A stretch of 64,000 nt of DNA from Eledone cirrhosa (taxonomy: Eukaryota), in the NCBI GenBank assembly GCA_964016885.1, contig OZ024740.1:135842001-135906000 (forward strand), in the 5' to 3' direction. The stretch's first letter is position 1. Each line of letters starts with the position of its first letter. The notes under the pieces were generated by a model, which searched no databases, was not told the DNA's origin, and saw only the letters and a list, made by a program, of their open reading frames with translations. Positions 27,212 to 40,028 of the stretch are shown here, piece by piece. The translations under genes and the position numbers were made by a program.

Positions 27212-28638
27212 TCTATCTATGATGTGTGACACCTTGAGCAAATGTATTCTACCATAGCTTTGGTCAGGTTGACCAATGCCCTGTGTGAATTTCATAAACA
27301 GAAACTGTACAAAACCTATTGTATAAGTGTGAAAATGTGTATGTGTTTATTTCTGTCTCTGCTCTTCACATTTGTCATTGTTAGTACAAGTAGCTATATT
27401 TGTTTACATTCTGAGTAAACAGCAGTCTTATTGCTCAATGTTTAGGTGTGCAAAGATCCAAATCTTGCCTAAATAAAAAAAAAAGATAGGAGCTAATGTT
27501 AGGAAGGGCATCCAGCCATAGAATTCTGCTTCAAAAATCAATGGGAAAACAGATGTAAAACTGATGATGATTTATTAAATATTTATTTATTTATATTTGA
27601 CAAATATTTACAAAAACAAAATTATATTGATATTATTTAATGACATAACACATATTACTAGGACAACAGCAGTTTCAGATCTTGCAGATACAAAATATTC
27701 ATTGCTATGAGAAGTTTTGACATTAGCATATAATATAACAAAGCCATGTTCTGTACTATATTACAGTTGTGAGCAGTGCTTCTCCATAGTACCTATTTAA
27801 CCCTTTTGTTAACATTTCTCATGAAAGACACTGCCCTTGATATTCAATTAATTTTGAAAATAATTTTGAGAAATTTAGTAAAATAACTTTCTCATTAACT
27901 TAATATTTGGAACATAAAGGTATAAAATTATAATTGAAAATTTTTGGATAAATACAAATATATTAAAATAAACAGTTTTATATCATATAGTTAAGTAGAG
28001 TTTCAAGCAGGTTGGTATCAAAAGTGCTAAAACTGAGTAGACAGAGAAAGAGTTAAATACCTTAGTGACACAGCTTATCAGTGAGGTTATTAAACAAACT
28101 TTTTAGAAAAAAGAGCAGCACATTAATGATTTGTCCCAGTGCAGCTTGACACATATGCAAGCCATAAATCTATATTAATAACAGCTATGGTAATGTTTCA
28201 GAAATAAACTGAAGAGAAATCAAATTATCATCATCGTTTTTACAGCCACTTTTTTCCATACTGGTATGGGTTAGCTGTGACTTTTTAAAGCAGAATTCTA
28301 CAACATGATGCCCTTCTTCATGCTAATAATCCTTATTTGTGTTTAAGTAAGATACTGATCTTTGCGCATTGAATTGTTAAGCTGTGGACTTTTGTTTATG
28401 AGGTATATAAACACATGCCATAACAAATAACAAATGTTTATATAGTTTAAATGTTACAAAAAAATTGGAAATTAAGCATCTTAACACTACCAACAAAAGC
28501 CTCACAGATAAAATGGGACATTTGAATTGGGGTGGTTAGTTACTACATAAACCAGTAAAATTACTGTGGGTATAGCTAACAGGAAAATACAAGTAAGGAA
28601 AAAATTAAAAAATTAAAGAGAAAAAGGAATGCTTTTTG

Positions 28639-28806
28639 AGTATTGGTAGAGGGTCGGATGCCATGCTTTGATGCATAGAGTTAGGGCCCTTGCCATTCTG
28701 AGTTCAAATGCCGCCAAGGTTAATTTTGCCTTTCATCCTTACAGGGGTCGATAAAATAAAGCACCAGTAATTACTGGCCTTGTGCCAAAAGTAGAAACAA
28801 TTATTA
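28639..28806 (+). mobile_element. Family A SINE
   Basis: Conserved core and tail. Confidence 0.85.
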
Positions 28807-31459
28807 TATGTTTAAGGCACTTCAAGATGTAAGTTGAGATTTTATATTGTAAGGAAGAGGAAATGAAGATGAGGAGAGTTGGGTGGGGTTACTCAGATTT
28901 TTTATTCCACAGAGTATAGTTATAAAAAAAGATACTTTGGGAATTATTCTCGAGAAGTGAAGATGTGATATGGTTTTGTCCACAAATTAAGTGGCATCTA
29001 AATATTGTTAAATGTTACCAACTTTTCAGATCTGAAAAGGAAGATATTGTGATGGTTCCCTCATTAATTATAGGCATAGAAATCAGGCAGAAACAGCTGT
29101 AATTAAGTAGCCATTGATTTCGTGTATAAAGAGATTGAAGTACCAAATGCAGCAGACACAAAGAAAACAAACAAGTCAGGTGGGATTTATCTGCACTAAT
29201 ACTGCAGTTTGAAGCAAATAGGATTAAAAGGTTTTTGAATGAATAGTTCAATACAGATACCAAGAATAATTCTAACCAGTATATTTTTTATCCTTTCAGC
29301 AGGACCAAGAAAACGCTGCTGGAAGTAATTCACATAGAATTAACGAAAGCCTGATCAATTAGCAAATTTGGAAGGCAAGAGGAATTTAAAATTTAACCCT
29401 TTTGATATCAACCTGCCTAAAACCACCATTGGTTCTGATACAAAATTACCTGTTTTCAAACCTATATTAAAACCTTTCATTATAACATGAAGAACTGGAT
29501 GTAAAACTGATGATGATGTAAGAACTTTTTGTTAAGTAATGCTCCAAACACCAGTTTAATACTAATTTCTGATTTAGGCACAAGGCCAACTATTTAGGGG
29601 AGGGGAAAGTCAATTAAATCAACCTCAGTGCATTACTGGTATTTTATTTTATCAACCTCGTAAGGATGAAAGGCAAAGCTAACCTCAGCAGGATTTGAAC
29701 TCAGAACATACAGGGTTGTAACTATATGCCACAAACCATGTTGTCCAAAACTCTACTGATATTGCCAATGAAAATGTTTATTTTACTAAATTTCTCAAAA
29801 GTTTTGATTATTTTCAAAATTAATTGAAGCATTAAAATATGGTAATGAAAGGAATGGTTAAGAATAATTAAGACAATTACTGATGAAACATTCAGAAGAG
29901 TCTAAAGGAACAATAGACATAGATGTAACAATAGAGATTAGGTTCTGAATGAAAGTAAAGCAAACTGGTGGAGGAAGAAATCGGTTAGTGAAAATTATGT
30001 CTAAAATAATAGAAATTACTATTTTTGCACTAGCTGGATCTGTTTGAATATAGTAGGAAACCAACTACAATTTTAAAGGTCATCAAAATTTTAGTCTGTT
30101 TACTTTGAAAACTGAAAAATCTTTGGTTGATAACATCAATGAAAGTGAGATGATGAACTATGTATAAAACTGAGATGAATCACATTTGGAGCAAGTTGAA
30201 CAAAATATGGTAATTGGGTTTTTATTGCTCATGCCTAGGTAAGTTAAGGTGTGACAAGGAAAGTGGCTATACTTTCCCCCAAAAAATTGAAGTTACAGAG
30301 AGTGTAGTGATGGTAGTTAGATAGATTTAAGATAGTAAAATGCAAGGTAAAACATATGTAGATTATAAACAGAAATGGTAAAACAGTCAGAAGGAACATT
30401 GTAGATAGGTGGACAGAATAATAGAATTGTTTGAAATATAAACATGTAAAGAGGAAATAAGACAGTATATAAAGCAGATGTAAGAGGCTTGAACTTGAGA
30501 AATGCAGGGAGACACATTAAAGGGTAAGACAAACTGAAAGGGAAAGAGTGCAAGAGAGACAGGCAAATATAAGATGAAAAACTAGCTATTACCTAAATAC
30601 AAAAAACGTGGAATGAAAGAACTGAGCCAAGTGAAAGAGAGATGTTGATATAGAAAGTCAGAGGAAGCAACACAAGTAGAGAGACAGTAGAATTGCCATG
30701 AAAATATTTAAAAACAACAACAATATCCGGGAACAGAAATCATCACATAAAAAGCAAACAAAAATACAGACTGGTAAGTAAGGGTGGGGAGAAAAGAATG
30801 TAAACAGTTGTAGTAGTACCTATTTTATATAAAATATCGCAGGTGTATATTTTTTTTTGTAATAACTAAATAAATGAAAAGATTTAATTACCGATAAATA
30901 TTATCGAATGAGCTGTGTGTGATTTACACGAGTTTTCACAGCTCGCCTAATCGTGACATTCCGAATGAGATAGAAAATAGACAACAATAGATTGATTTAA
31001 ATGAAACAATCACTTGTTGGATGTAAAACGGTCTCTTTCTCCCCACCTTTGCAGACAATCACTAAAAATAGAAAGAATCAGCTAGCGCACATTCTAGTTA
31101 CCATAACGTCAAACAGGTGGGAGACACGTTCCTAATCTTGGATATAATGTAATTTCTATCGCGTTTGTTTCCTCGAAAATACTCTAACGACACCCCGAGC
31201 TAGTGTACCCCTCGCCTTTTTGCCTATCTGATTGATACGGAGACGGGTGTTGTGGTGTTCTTGGGTGGGGAAACCACAGAAAACGAATAATTTACAACAG
31301 TTTGGAAGACCATAATCGTTCAAAACGCATTTAAAAAATCATATTACAAAACATTCACCTTCAAAATTCTAACCAAACCTAACTACTACCCATGAATTTG
31401 TTTAACTATTTACACCCGTCTTGGACACGGGTGTAACAAAAATCTACCTAAAATGTTAA

Positions 31460-31545
31460 CGATCTTGTTGGGATTCGAACCATAAGCTTCGAACTTATTT
31501 ATTGCAGGTGAGTATCAGTTCTGACTGTCTTACCTCTGAGCCAAC
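31460..31545 (-). mobile_element. tRNA-like Pol III head (SINE-type)
   Basis: Minus strand has TGGCTCAGAGG (A box) and GGTTCGAATCCC (B box); no convincing cloverleaf. Confidence 0.5.
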
Positions 31546-32808
31546 ATTAAACCATTTAAGTTGTTTCATACTCTATATTTAAGATAGAGTAACATATTTT
31601 TAGAGCTTTTACATTTGCTAAAAGGAGGGTTCTGTAAAACCTAAACAGTAGTATGCGTGTGTGTGTGTTGTTATTTGCTACAATATTTGAATAGTAGTAT
31701 TCAGGCGAGTTGTTACTTATGTGTAAATCTGTAATTTAAGAAAAGCCCATGCTGTATAGCAATTATATTTATTATTTTATATTTACATAAAACTGTTGCT
31801 TTTAGCGTCAATTAACCATAATAGATTAGTACAATTAAGTATGGAAAATCTGTAATAGTAAATTAGTGGTTATGGAAAACAATACGATGCCACCAAGTGG
31901 CAAATTTAGACAATAGGAATAGCGCGACCACTATGTGTTTAGAAAAGAATGTCAAGCATGGTGAGAAGGCTAAAAAGATAAACGTCGGTAGGTGGTTATA
32001 AAAAACAGCTGGTCAATTGAGAAGTAGGGGTGGGTGTCCTCAGGGTAGGTTCTAAACAGAACTGTCTCTTTGTACACTCACTGAGAGACCCGATTTCTAA
32101 GCCAAATTACGTTACAATCCAAGGGGGCGGTGAATATTTTTATTTCAAAGGAAAATATTTAAATGAAAGAATAATATAAGCTTCGTACATATGACAGTTT
32201 ATCATATACAAGTCTCACTTTATTTTTAAAATTCGAGGCCTTTAATGTGTAAGGTTATATATATATATAATCGTTTGGTCAACTTTGATATAATGTATCG
32301 ATCCAGCAAGGAAGATATGTAATTTCAGCTCTATTTGTTAATCGGAATAGAGCAGTATCGAATTTAATCTAATATGCTCCCTATCCTCTCCGCCAATTCC
32401 ACCCTTTGATAACAGGCGACAACTACATATAAAAGGCTACGAGCATAATTCAGAGATAGATACAAGAATATCATGCTACAGTTAAATAATTTTAAAGTTA
32501 CAAATAAATAACGTCAATAATTTTCTATTGTGACATCAGCAAGAGGCAGCAAAAAGTGAGGACACAAATGGACGGCTCACACCTCCCGCCATGTTATTTA
32601 TACCCAATAATTCTTGTTTATTTGCACAACATTAATTGCATAACATATACCGTGTTAAAACGAAATGGTAACATCTACGATTATGCACAAAACACACTGA
32701 GGTGACAGTGATATATATATATTTAGGACCGACTGACCTGTATAGCATTTCGGTTGTGAAACTACACGAGTGTCTTGAAGACCAAGAGTTTCGTGCCAAA
32801 CCGTTAAC

Positions 32809-32849
<41 letters not shown>

Positions 32850-33593
32850 ATCGATTGAATTTCGTCAAATCGGAACGAGGAAACAATGTTTTCGTCCGAT
32901 ATATATATATATATATACACATACACTCACTCACTCACATACAAGCAAGTCAAATATCAGTTGAGTTAGCTGATAGTCTCCAAAATGACAAATTCAAAAG
33001 AAATGAAATATATAAATAAATAAATTAACGAAACTTAAACTATTATAATGCAGATTAAACAAAGTTATTCTTTAATAAATTGACTAAATATTGTGGTAAT
33101 TATATTTAGTGATTGATAAGAAACACCAAGTATGAACAGCGACCGTCACAAACAAGAAGCATATAAAAAAAAAGTTGTGGTAGTAGTAATTCTATAAAAC
33201 AGTGGCATTTTACATAGGCATGCAATAGCTGCATCATTATTCGACATTAGTTCCCGCTATAAAAACCGTTGTATTTATGTGTGGGTATGTGGGTATGTGT
33301 GTGGTGTGTGTGGTGTGGGGTATGTGTGTGTGGTGTGGTGTGTGTGGTGTGGTGTGTGTGTGCGCGCGCGCGCAATGTAACGTATATCCTAGACTTTCTA
33401 ATTGTAAATAATTTCCAGCACCACCGCCACCACATATCCTTAATGGCACTCCCAGACATAAACAAGCACAGACAAGTAGTATTTTGTTGCGATGTAAAGA
33501 GGAAAATATCGAAGCGAATTCAACAGGAGTATGTAAATAAATATGTTTTAATTTAGTTACAGAGATGACGAAAATATAATAATGTTAACTCAC

Positions 33594-34300
33594 CTGGTAA
33601 AGAAGAAATCTTAACAGTTATAAATATTATCGATGTATTTGTTGTAAACCGTCTTTACAATCGAGTCGATGTGATCTAGGATTATTACCCACTCCTTTGC
33701 CAGTAAAACATTCCAGTCAGCCAAGTAAGCAAGTAAAAGCACCGTAAAAGTTTTTCCTCGAAGTTTAGAAAGACTCACAATATGGACGAGTCTATTCAGT
33801 GGTTTGATAGGGGGAAGATATAAATGTATTTTTTGTTTTATCTTTGTTATTTTTTGTTACACGACGTTCTCTTTTCTTGTTTATATATTTAATCACATAT
33901 GATTGAGTTATTTTTTTTCCTCTAGGCTTTCAAAATTCGCTTGTTTAACTTATTCTTTTTCGTTTTCGTTTGATCGTTGATAGGTCAGTCCTTCCCCCAG
34001 AACTGTCGTGGCAAAACTGCCTTCTCTTTTCGTTATCAAACGTGTCTCTCTTTCTGCCTTTCCCCCCTCCCTATAGCTGAAAATAAGCATATTCATCTGT
34101 TATCATTTTTCTCTCTCAACGACAAACACTCACTGGTACATGATTATAACACCTTAACCATGTAAATTATCGTAAATTTACTTCGCTCTAGTTGGCGGTT
34201 CAAGCTCTCTCTTTCTTTCTCTCTCTCTCCCTCCTTTTCTTTCTCTCTCTCTCTTTCTTACTCTCTTCTTCTCTGTTTATATTCCAGTTTACATCAGTAA
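33594..34300 (-). other. Putative non-coding first exon (5' UTR) of a minus-strand host gene
   Basis: Consensus donor CAG|GTGAGT (exon ends at 33594); unique CpG-retaining sequence; no long ORF; GA-rich tract and CCAAT box upstream. The 5' boundary is approximate. Confidence 0.45.
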
Positions 34301-34351
34301 CTCAATGTTAGCACACAATAAAAGGGTGGCTCTGAGTTCGTCTCTTTCATT

Positions 34352-34360
34352 CGATTGGTT
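34352..34360 (-). promoter_or_regulatory. NF-Y CCAAT box candidate
   Basis: AACCAATCG on the minus strand fits RRCCAATSR, just upstream of the putative first exon. Confidence 0.35.
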
Positions 34361-34800
34361 CAGTACAACCTTAAGCTAAAGGCAGACGACACACATGAGA
34401 ATGAATTTAAATTACATACTAAATGAAGTCATACTTGAGGAGAATCACAAAACTCAAGTACTTCATTAACTCCCTATCGAAGTTACCAACTTCGTAATTT
34501 TCCTCCAGCTTGTAGACTCGCTCTCTCTCTCTCTCTCTCACAATAATAATTGTTTCTACTATTGGCACAAGGCCAGCAATTACCAGTACATACTGGTATG
34601 TTATTTTATCGACCCCGTAAGGATGAAAGGCAAAGTTAACCTCGGCGGGATAATAATAATAAAAGAATTTATCGAAGTCGCATTTGTATGATGAGAACAC
34701 GAGTTGATTTATGAGTTGGCCCTATCAGCACTCAATGAATTGACTGTTTCTGAATGGCAATTCATTTTTCGATTTAGAAAGGACTGCGCGCGCGCGCACG

Positions 34801-34891
<91 letters not shown>

Positions 34892-35296
34892 GCGCGCATA
34901 CGCACACGCACATACACACATTTATATTCTTCACTGGTTTCCTTCGTTGGACTGACGTAAAGGAATCCAGCACGACGCAAACAGACATATCCTGCGCTTT
35001 GTCCTCTCTTTAAACCTGTTATCTGCTCACAAAACAGTGGACATAAAAATAAATCCAGAGACATCTCTCAGCTTTTCTTTGTAAATGTCCTCCAAGTTGT
35101 ATAGAGCAAGTGTCGACTACATCAAAAAGAAACTGGACCTCATTACCCAATTTTCCACAGACATTGGAATTAACTTTTTTGAGTGGTAAGACGTAGAAAA
35201 CGTGTAGTGCTCTTCCTTGAAAAACTAAAAATGAACGACTTGACAATATAGTCAAATGATAACTATAGGTACTTTATAGAGAGTTAGAATGTCAAG

Positions 35297-36156
35297 TTTT
35301 TTTTCTTCTTTTTTTAAAAACACTTTAGTCTTTATTGTGTTCTATCAGATGAAATAATGGTATTTAACTAATGTATTGGTACGCGATGGGGCCCACCCAC
35401 AGCCGCGGCGGACAGAATGGAGAAGGCGTTTCCCCGGAGGACGGCAAGGGAGACGCGCTGGAAAAGCCACTCCAACTCGCGGGGCTCACACCTGCGGCTA
35501 GCCAGCTCAGCGCCTATGGTGGTGAGTAAGGAGGTAGCCCTGGGGCTGAGGACACCAGAAGTCTCCACTGCCAGGGGAACGACCGTAAACCTGTCGGAGA
35601 GCGACCGGTATTTGAAGAGTTTGGCCCCCTCAGCCCGACGTGCAGCAGAACCTGGGTCAGTCGCAGACTGCATCAGGTTGCGGCTACAGAAAGTGTCGGT
35701 GCAAGTGGTATCCCAGACGAGGGGTTTGCCACCGCGGAACAGGAAGATGGTCATGCCATCTGGCCTTTTGCCGTCCCCTCGATCCAGCCCCACTGGCTCG
35801 AGCTGGGAAGGGAAGCCTGCAGCGTCCAAGCCATGCTTAATGATCTCGTTGAGGGCAGCATGGCGTGGAATGCGGCCGGCACTGTGGCGACAGGAAAGCG
35901 AGTGGAGGCCGAAAGAGTCCATGGTGAAACCGCAGCGACATTGGTGTGGCTGGCAGATCCGGAGGCCGAGCCTCAGGGAAACGCCGATTCGCAGGCTATG
36001 GTTGTCTAGCTGCGTACCAATGGAGAAGGAGGGCAGGGCATGGAGCCAGGCACCACTGTTGGGTTTGGGAGGCCGCACGAAAACAAGCAAGGCGATGCTG
36101 GTCGAGCTGGCCAGGCTGCACTGGATGGCATCCCAAGTGCGTTGGCGGGACTTGAC
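35297..36156 (-). mobile_element. 5'-truncated CRE-clade non-LTR retrotransposon
   Basis: GC-rich ORF, then short 3' UTR with AATAAA and A-rich tail; candidate TSD GTCAAG (35291-35296, 36157-36162). Confidence 0.85.
35368..36090 (-). CDS. CRE-type C-terminus: Zn knuckle and restriction-like endonuclease (truncated)
   Basis: SGAWLHALP, LRLG, CRCG..H..SC, RHAALN, LEP.GL, KRPDG, LVWD.T, K..KY, PLAVETSG, LFQRVSLAVLRGNA. Confidence 0.85.
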   Translation of the reverse strand: MLVFVRPPKPNSGAWLHALPSFSIGTQLDNHSLRIGVSLRLGLRICQPHQCRCGFTMDSFGLHSLSCRHSAGRIPRHAALNEIIKHGLDAAGFPSQLEPVGLDRGDGKRPDGMTIFLFRGGKPLVWDTTCTDTFCSRNLMQSATDPGSAARRAEGAKLFKYRSLSDRFTVVPLAVETSGVLSPRATSLLTTIGAELASRRCEPRELEWLFQRVSLAVLRGNAFSILSAAAVGGPHRVPIH

Positions 36157-38139
36157 GTCAAGGGCAAGAAATGAATATCTCGAGAGAGTAAAGAAAATAT
36201 GATGATCAGAACTTTCAGCTTACAACAAGCATATGGCTCACAACACTTTTGTTGTCATTGTCCTAATGTCTGATTTTGGCCTTTTGAACTAACTAGTCAC
36301 TACCAGAGCTCAACGAGATGGATATAACAACTCACAAACTGCTTAGTATTACTCAATTTCAACATCAATTGAGATATATTTTTTACCCAAGTGGGTGGTC
36401 GCGGCCTAAAATCTGTATTTACATCTAGAAGCGTATTGTGGAGTGGGAGAGACTGTGCTGCGAAAAAGAGCTCCACAATATTTCAAAGGCTCTAATTATT
36501 TTCTTTTTTAAGAAGCTACCATAAATAATATACAAAAGCCCCGATGAAATTTTAAACCAAGGACCCCAAGGAAGCTTAATCCTCTCCTATTCACATCATA
36601 CAAGATTTAGCGGAAAAAAATTCCTGCAAGTATGAAATTAACAACAACTTTGCCTTTCATCCTTATGGGGTCGATAAAATAAAGTACCAGTAATACACTG
36701 GGTAATTGCTGGCCTTGTGCCAAAAGTAGAAACAATTATTAGAATAACCAATGAACTTGAAGACAGGTATGAAATACAAGCTGACTTAGGTCTCTTTTCC
36801 AGGAATATTGGAAAACTGTATCTAATGCTGCAGCAATGCAGCAAAGAAAGAAAGAATGTCGACTGTACTCATGTACAACCTTCACTGAGAAGGTTGTACA
36901 TGGAAACTTGAAATGAAAAACACAGTCCATGGAGAGGACAAATTATACCAAAAGTCTAGCATGCATTTCCGACATGTTTGTAACATCACACTTTGAAGAT
37001 TAGCTCCATGCAATCCAGGAGAAAGAAATCCCCACTAAGTACCTACTACACAAAAGAGAGAAATCAGCAGCTGTCAACGAATGTAGGTTATGCAAAACAA
37101 AACCTAAAGACGTTAGCCACATTATTACCAACTGTGAAATAATGCCTTCTCGTTATTACCTTCCCATGTGATATAATGCAGTAGCCAGAACAATCTAGAT
37201 TGCACCGAGGAAGACAAAAGTAACAACAAACAGGGAAGAGTATAATGAGACTAATGGTTCAAAAGAATATTTATGAAACCTAAAAACCGACACGGTTTTG
37301 TTGTCTGTTTCTCTGTTGTTGAAGTCAGCTGCCCCCTTAACATCAATGTAAAAAAAGAAATACAAGAAGAGGAGGAGGATATCTATGGACCATTAACGAG
37401 CAGTTTGCAAATCTAGTACCCCAGATATACGTTCAGTTCCATACCGGCCCTGGACAGAATTCTTGGAGCAAGAACGTAGCTCCTTAATTCATAAGCTACA
37501 GATGGTCGCGATATCTGGAACTATAAAACTCTGTAAGAACGAAGGAAAGGCCCTTTTCTTTACAAGCAGATAGATGGCTGGTGAAAACTCAACATTTTTG
37601 TAAATTAGATATTCGACACAAAATTCTCTCGCTCTCTCTCTCTCTCTTTTTCACACACACACACATACATACACAAACACTCTCCCACGCACAATCGCTC
37701 ATTCTCTACACCTCTGTTATTTTATCACATTACCTCTATACTATCTATATTGTAGGACTTTATATTTCTTCCTTCTAGCTCCTTCTCTTAGTCCTGCTAT
37801 CTCTACCTCTGCCACTCTTTCTTCCAACCATTCATATATTTCAGCGTTTGCTTGCTGTATATCCTCCATGTATTTATTTTTTTATTTCACCTACCTCTAT
37901 TTATAATTTTTTCTTTTTCTTTCTTCCTACTCATTCAGAACAACCACTGTTTTTTTTCCTCCTACATTCAATAATTTTATCAATTCCTCCTCTCTATTGC
38001 AGAGCTCTATCTTTCTGCTTTTTACTTCTCACTTACTCGCGTCATCTCTTCTTTTCTCTCACTCTTTCACCCACACTAAGCTAACAATTTCACTTGCTGT
38101 AGCTTCACCAGAAAGAAGTCATCAATGGTATGCGTGTGT

Positions 38140-38585
38140 ATCTATTTAGACTGAAGCAACTGCTAGTGAAGTTCTTAGCGAAGAGCAAACCTATATATCT
38201 AGCACTCATTCAGTTAAAGAAGGCCTCTAACTGGGTACCACGCTCCGTCACTCGGTAGCCGCTAAGAAAACTGGGTATAGAGGAATAGCTCGTGGGTGCC
38301 ATGTACAGACATGCTGTCAGAGTTAGCAGGTGTCTAGCAGGGCTCTAATACCAGTCTCTACCTGTTTATTATAGTTATCCAGAAGTTACATGCGTGGGGT
38401 AAGTCCCTCAAACAAAAAATTAAAAAAAATGGATGGTAAGACAAAACTCGATGTCAGACAGTTGGGGAATACGTCTCGCTAAATTAAGAGGCCGGCTCTC
38501 AGTCAGAGTCAGTAAAATGGAATGGGGTGAGAGGAGCGACCCAATAGCTATTTCCCCTTGCAGCAGTACAGACAGACAGACAGGC
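38140..38585 (+). mobile_element. Probable non-autonomous retroposon ending in (CAGA)n
   Basis: GC-richer block ending GCAGCAGTACAGACAGACAGAC; family not identified. Confidence 0.35.
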
Positions 38586-38619
38586 ACACACACACTCACA
38601 CACACATACACACATACAT

Positions 38620-38935
38620 ACATGATGATGGCTGCCCCCTCGTTATCGAGTATGGCGATTATTAATTAATTCTATCGTGCAATGCCTGTGCGTGAAGATA
38701 TTTTTTAAAGTGAGGAAAGACTGTGCACTGAGCCAATCCCACTCCCAGAGCGACAGTAGCTATAACCTGAAAAGAAGAAAAGATCAACATCATCGGTAAC
38801 TACTGAGCCGCAGGTTTTATATCGGAGTTATCCCAGTTTCCTGAGTTGCCTTCTCCTAGAAGAATGCCCTGACAAAGGCTAGGGGTCCTTCACTCCCAGT
38901 GGTTTAACCGCGCGATCGGGTGTCCAGCCCGACTA
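38620..38935 (-). mobile_element. RTE-5'UTR-related short retroposon, partly duplicated at 39243-39412
   Basis: Minus strand CTAGGAGAAGGCAACTC..AAAACCTGC resembles RTE 5'-derived SINE domains; 38625-38772 is near-identical to 39243-39412. Confidence 0.55.
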
Positions 38936-39427
38936 TTTCTATGTCCCCGCGCATATACATACACATGTACCCATGTACATACACATATACATATACACAC
39001 ATATGTACATGAGTATATTCATATTTACACACTTTTGGATGGCCGTTGACTCTTATGAATTCTTCAGCCCTTTGTCAGGTTTTGTTTTTTGTCCCGCAGG
39101 GTGTCCCAAATCACCCTCCACCCCAAGTAAACTTGGTGGGGTTGCCGGTTTAGTCACCGACGACTCGACCACGAGACAGCTTAAACTGGGTTACATGTTA
39201 CCAGTAGCACTCAAGAGTGACCCGACATACATACATACATACATGATGGCTGCACCCTCGTTATCGAGTAGGGCCATTGCACAATATACCATTAATAATA
39301 ATTATTAATTAATTCTATCGTGCAATGCCTGTGCATGAGGATATTTTTTAAGTGAGGAAAGACTGTGCACTGAGCCAATCCCACTCTCTGAACGACAGTA
39401 GCTATAACCCGAAAAAGTCCCTGGCTG

Positions 39428-39483
<56 letters not shown>

Positions 39484-39699
39484 AGGGTTGACGGACCCAG
39501 CATATTTATCAATGCCAGTACCGGTTGTATCTCAGCGCACTCAATGGGCAATGTAAGATATATTACCAGATTTTACACATAGTTATTTGTCTCAACACAA
39601 CACACGTAAAACGGGTGCCTATAAGGTTCTCAGACTCGAGTTTCTGCCGCACTAATGCAGCAATAAGGTGCACTGCACCATATGTCTGCATATATTATG

Positions 39700-39749
<50 letters not shown>

Positions 39750-39916
39750 CATATGTATATGTGCGTGTGTGCATATGTTACACACACATATATATATATA
39801 TATATAAGAGGAATTCCAACTTTGTCTGATTTACTCGTTTAATTTACAATCCTTTAAAATTTATAATGGTATTATAATGAAATAGTATGATAGAATATTA
39901 AATTCTAAGTGTTAAT

Positions 39917-39955
39917 TGAACAAGTACTTTCATGCTTTCGCAATCCTCAGGTTCA
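39917..39955 (-). ncRNA. Minimal type I hammerhead motif (left arm)
   Basis: Exact reverse complement of 40029-40067. Confidence 0.65.
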
Positions 39956-40028
39956 TAATATGTGGTGACAGTCAAGTTTGCAATTTTCAACAGTTGAAAA
40001 TTGCAAACTTGACTGTCACCACTGAATA

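Larger units (their letters stand above)
35010..37545 (+). mobile_element. Decayed R4/Dong-like (RLE) non-LTR retrotransposon, interrupted
   Basis: Broken frames give ISQLFFVNVL.KLY (degenerate YxDD), FSTDIGINF, RNEYLERVKKI..SELSAYNKHMAHNTF, AIQEKEIPTKY, CRLCKTKPKDVSHIITNC (CCHC), VVEVSCP (RLE) and KLQMVAISGTIKLCK; many stops and frameshifts. Confidence 0.75.

Noticed and set aside
32700-32920. Unique segments alternating with (TA)n, superficially like a repeat-spacer array
   Set aside because: Tract and segment lengths are irregular, and one segment matches a dispersed repeat near 44085-44115; better explained as TE fragments in microsatellites.
35417-36202. 261-aa plus-strand ORF
   Set aside because: Antisense shadow of the GC-rich CRE ORF; only the final RNEYLERVKKI belongs to the flanking R4-like frame.
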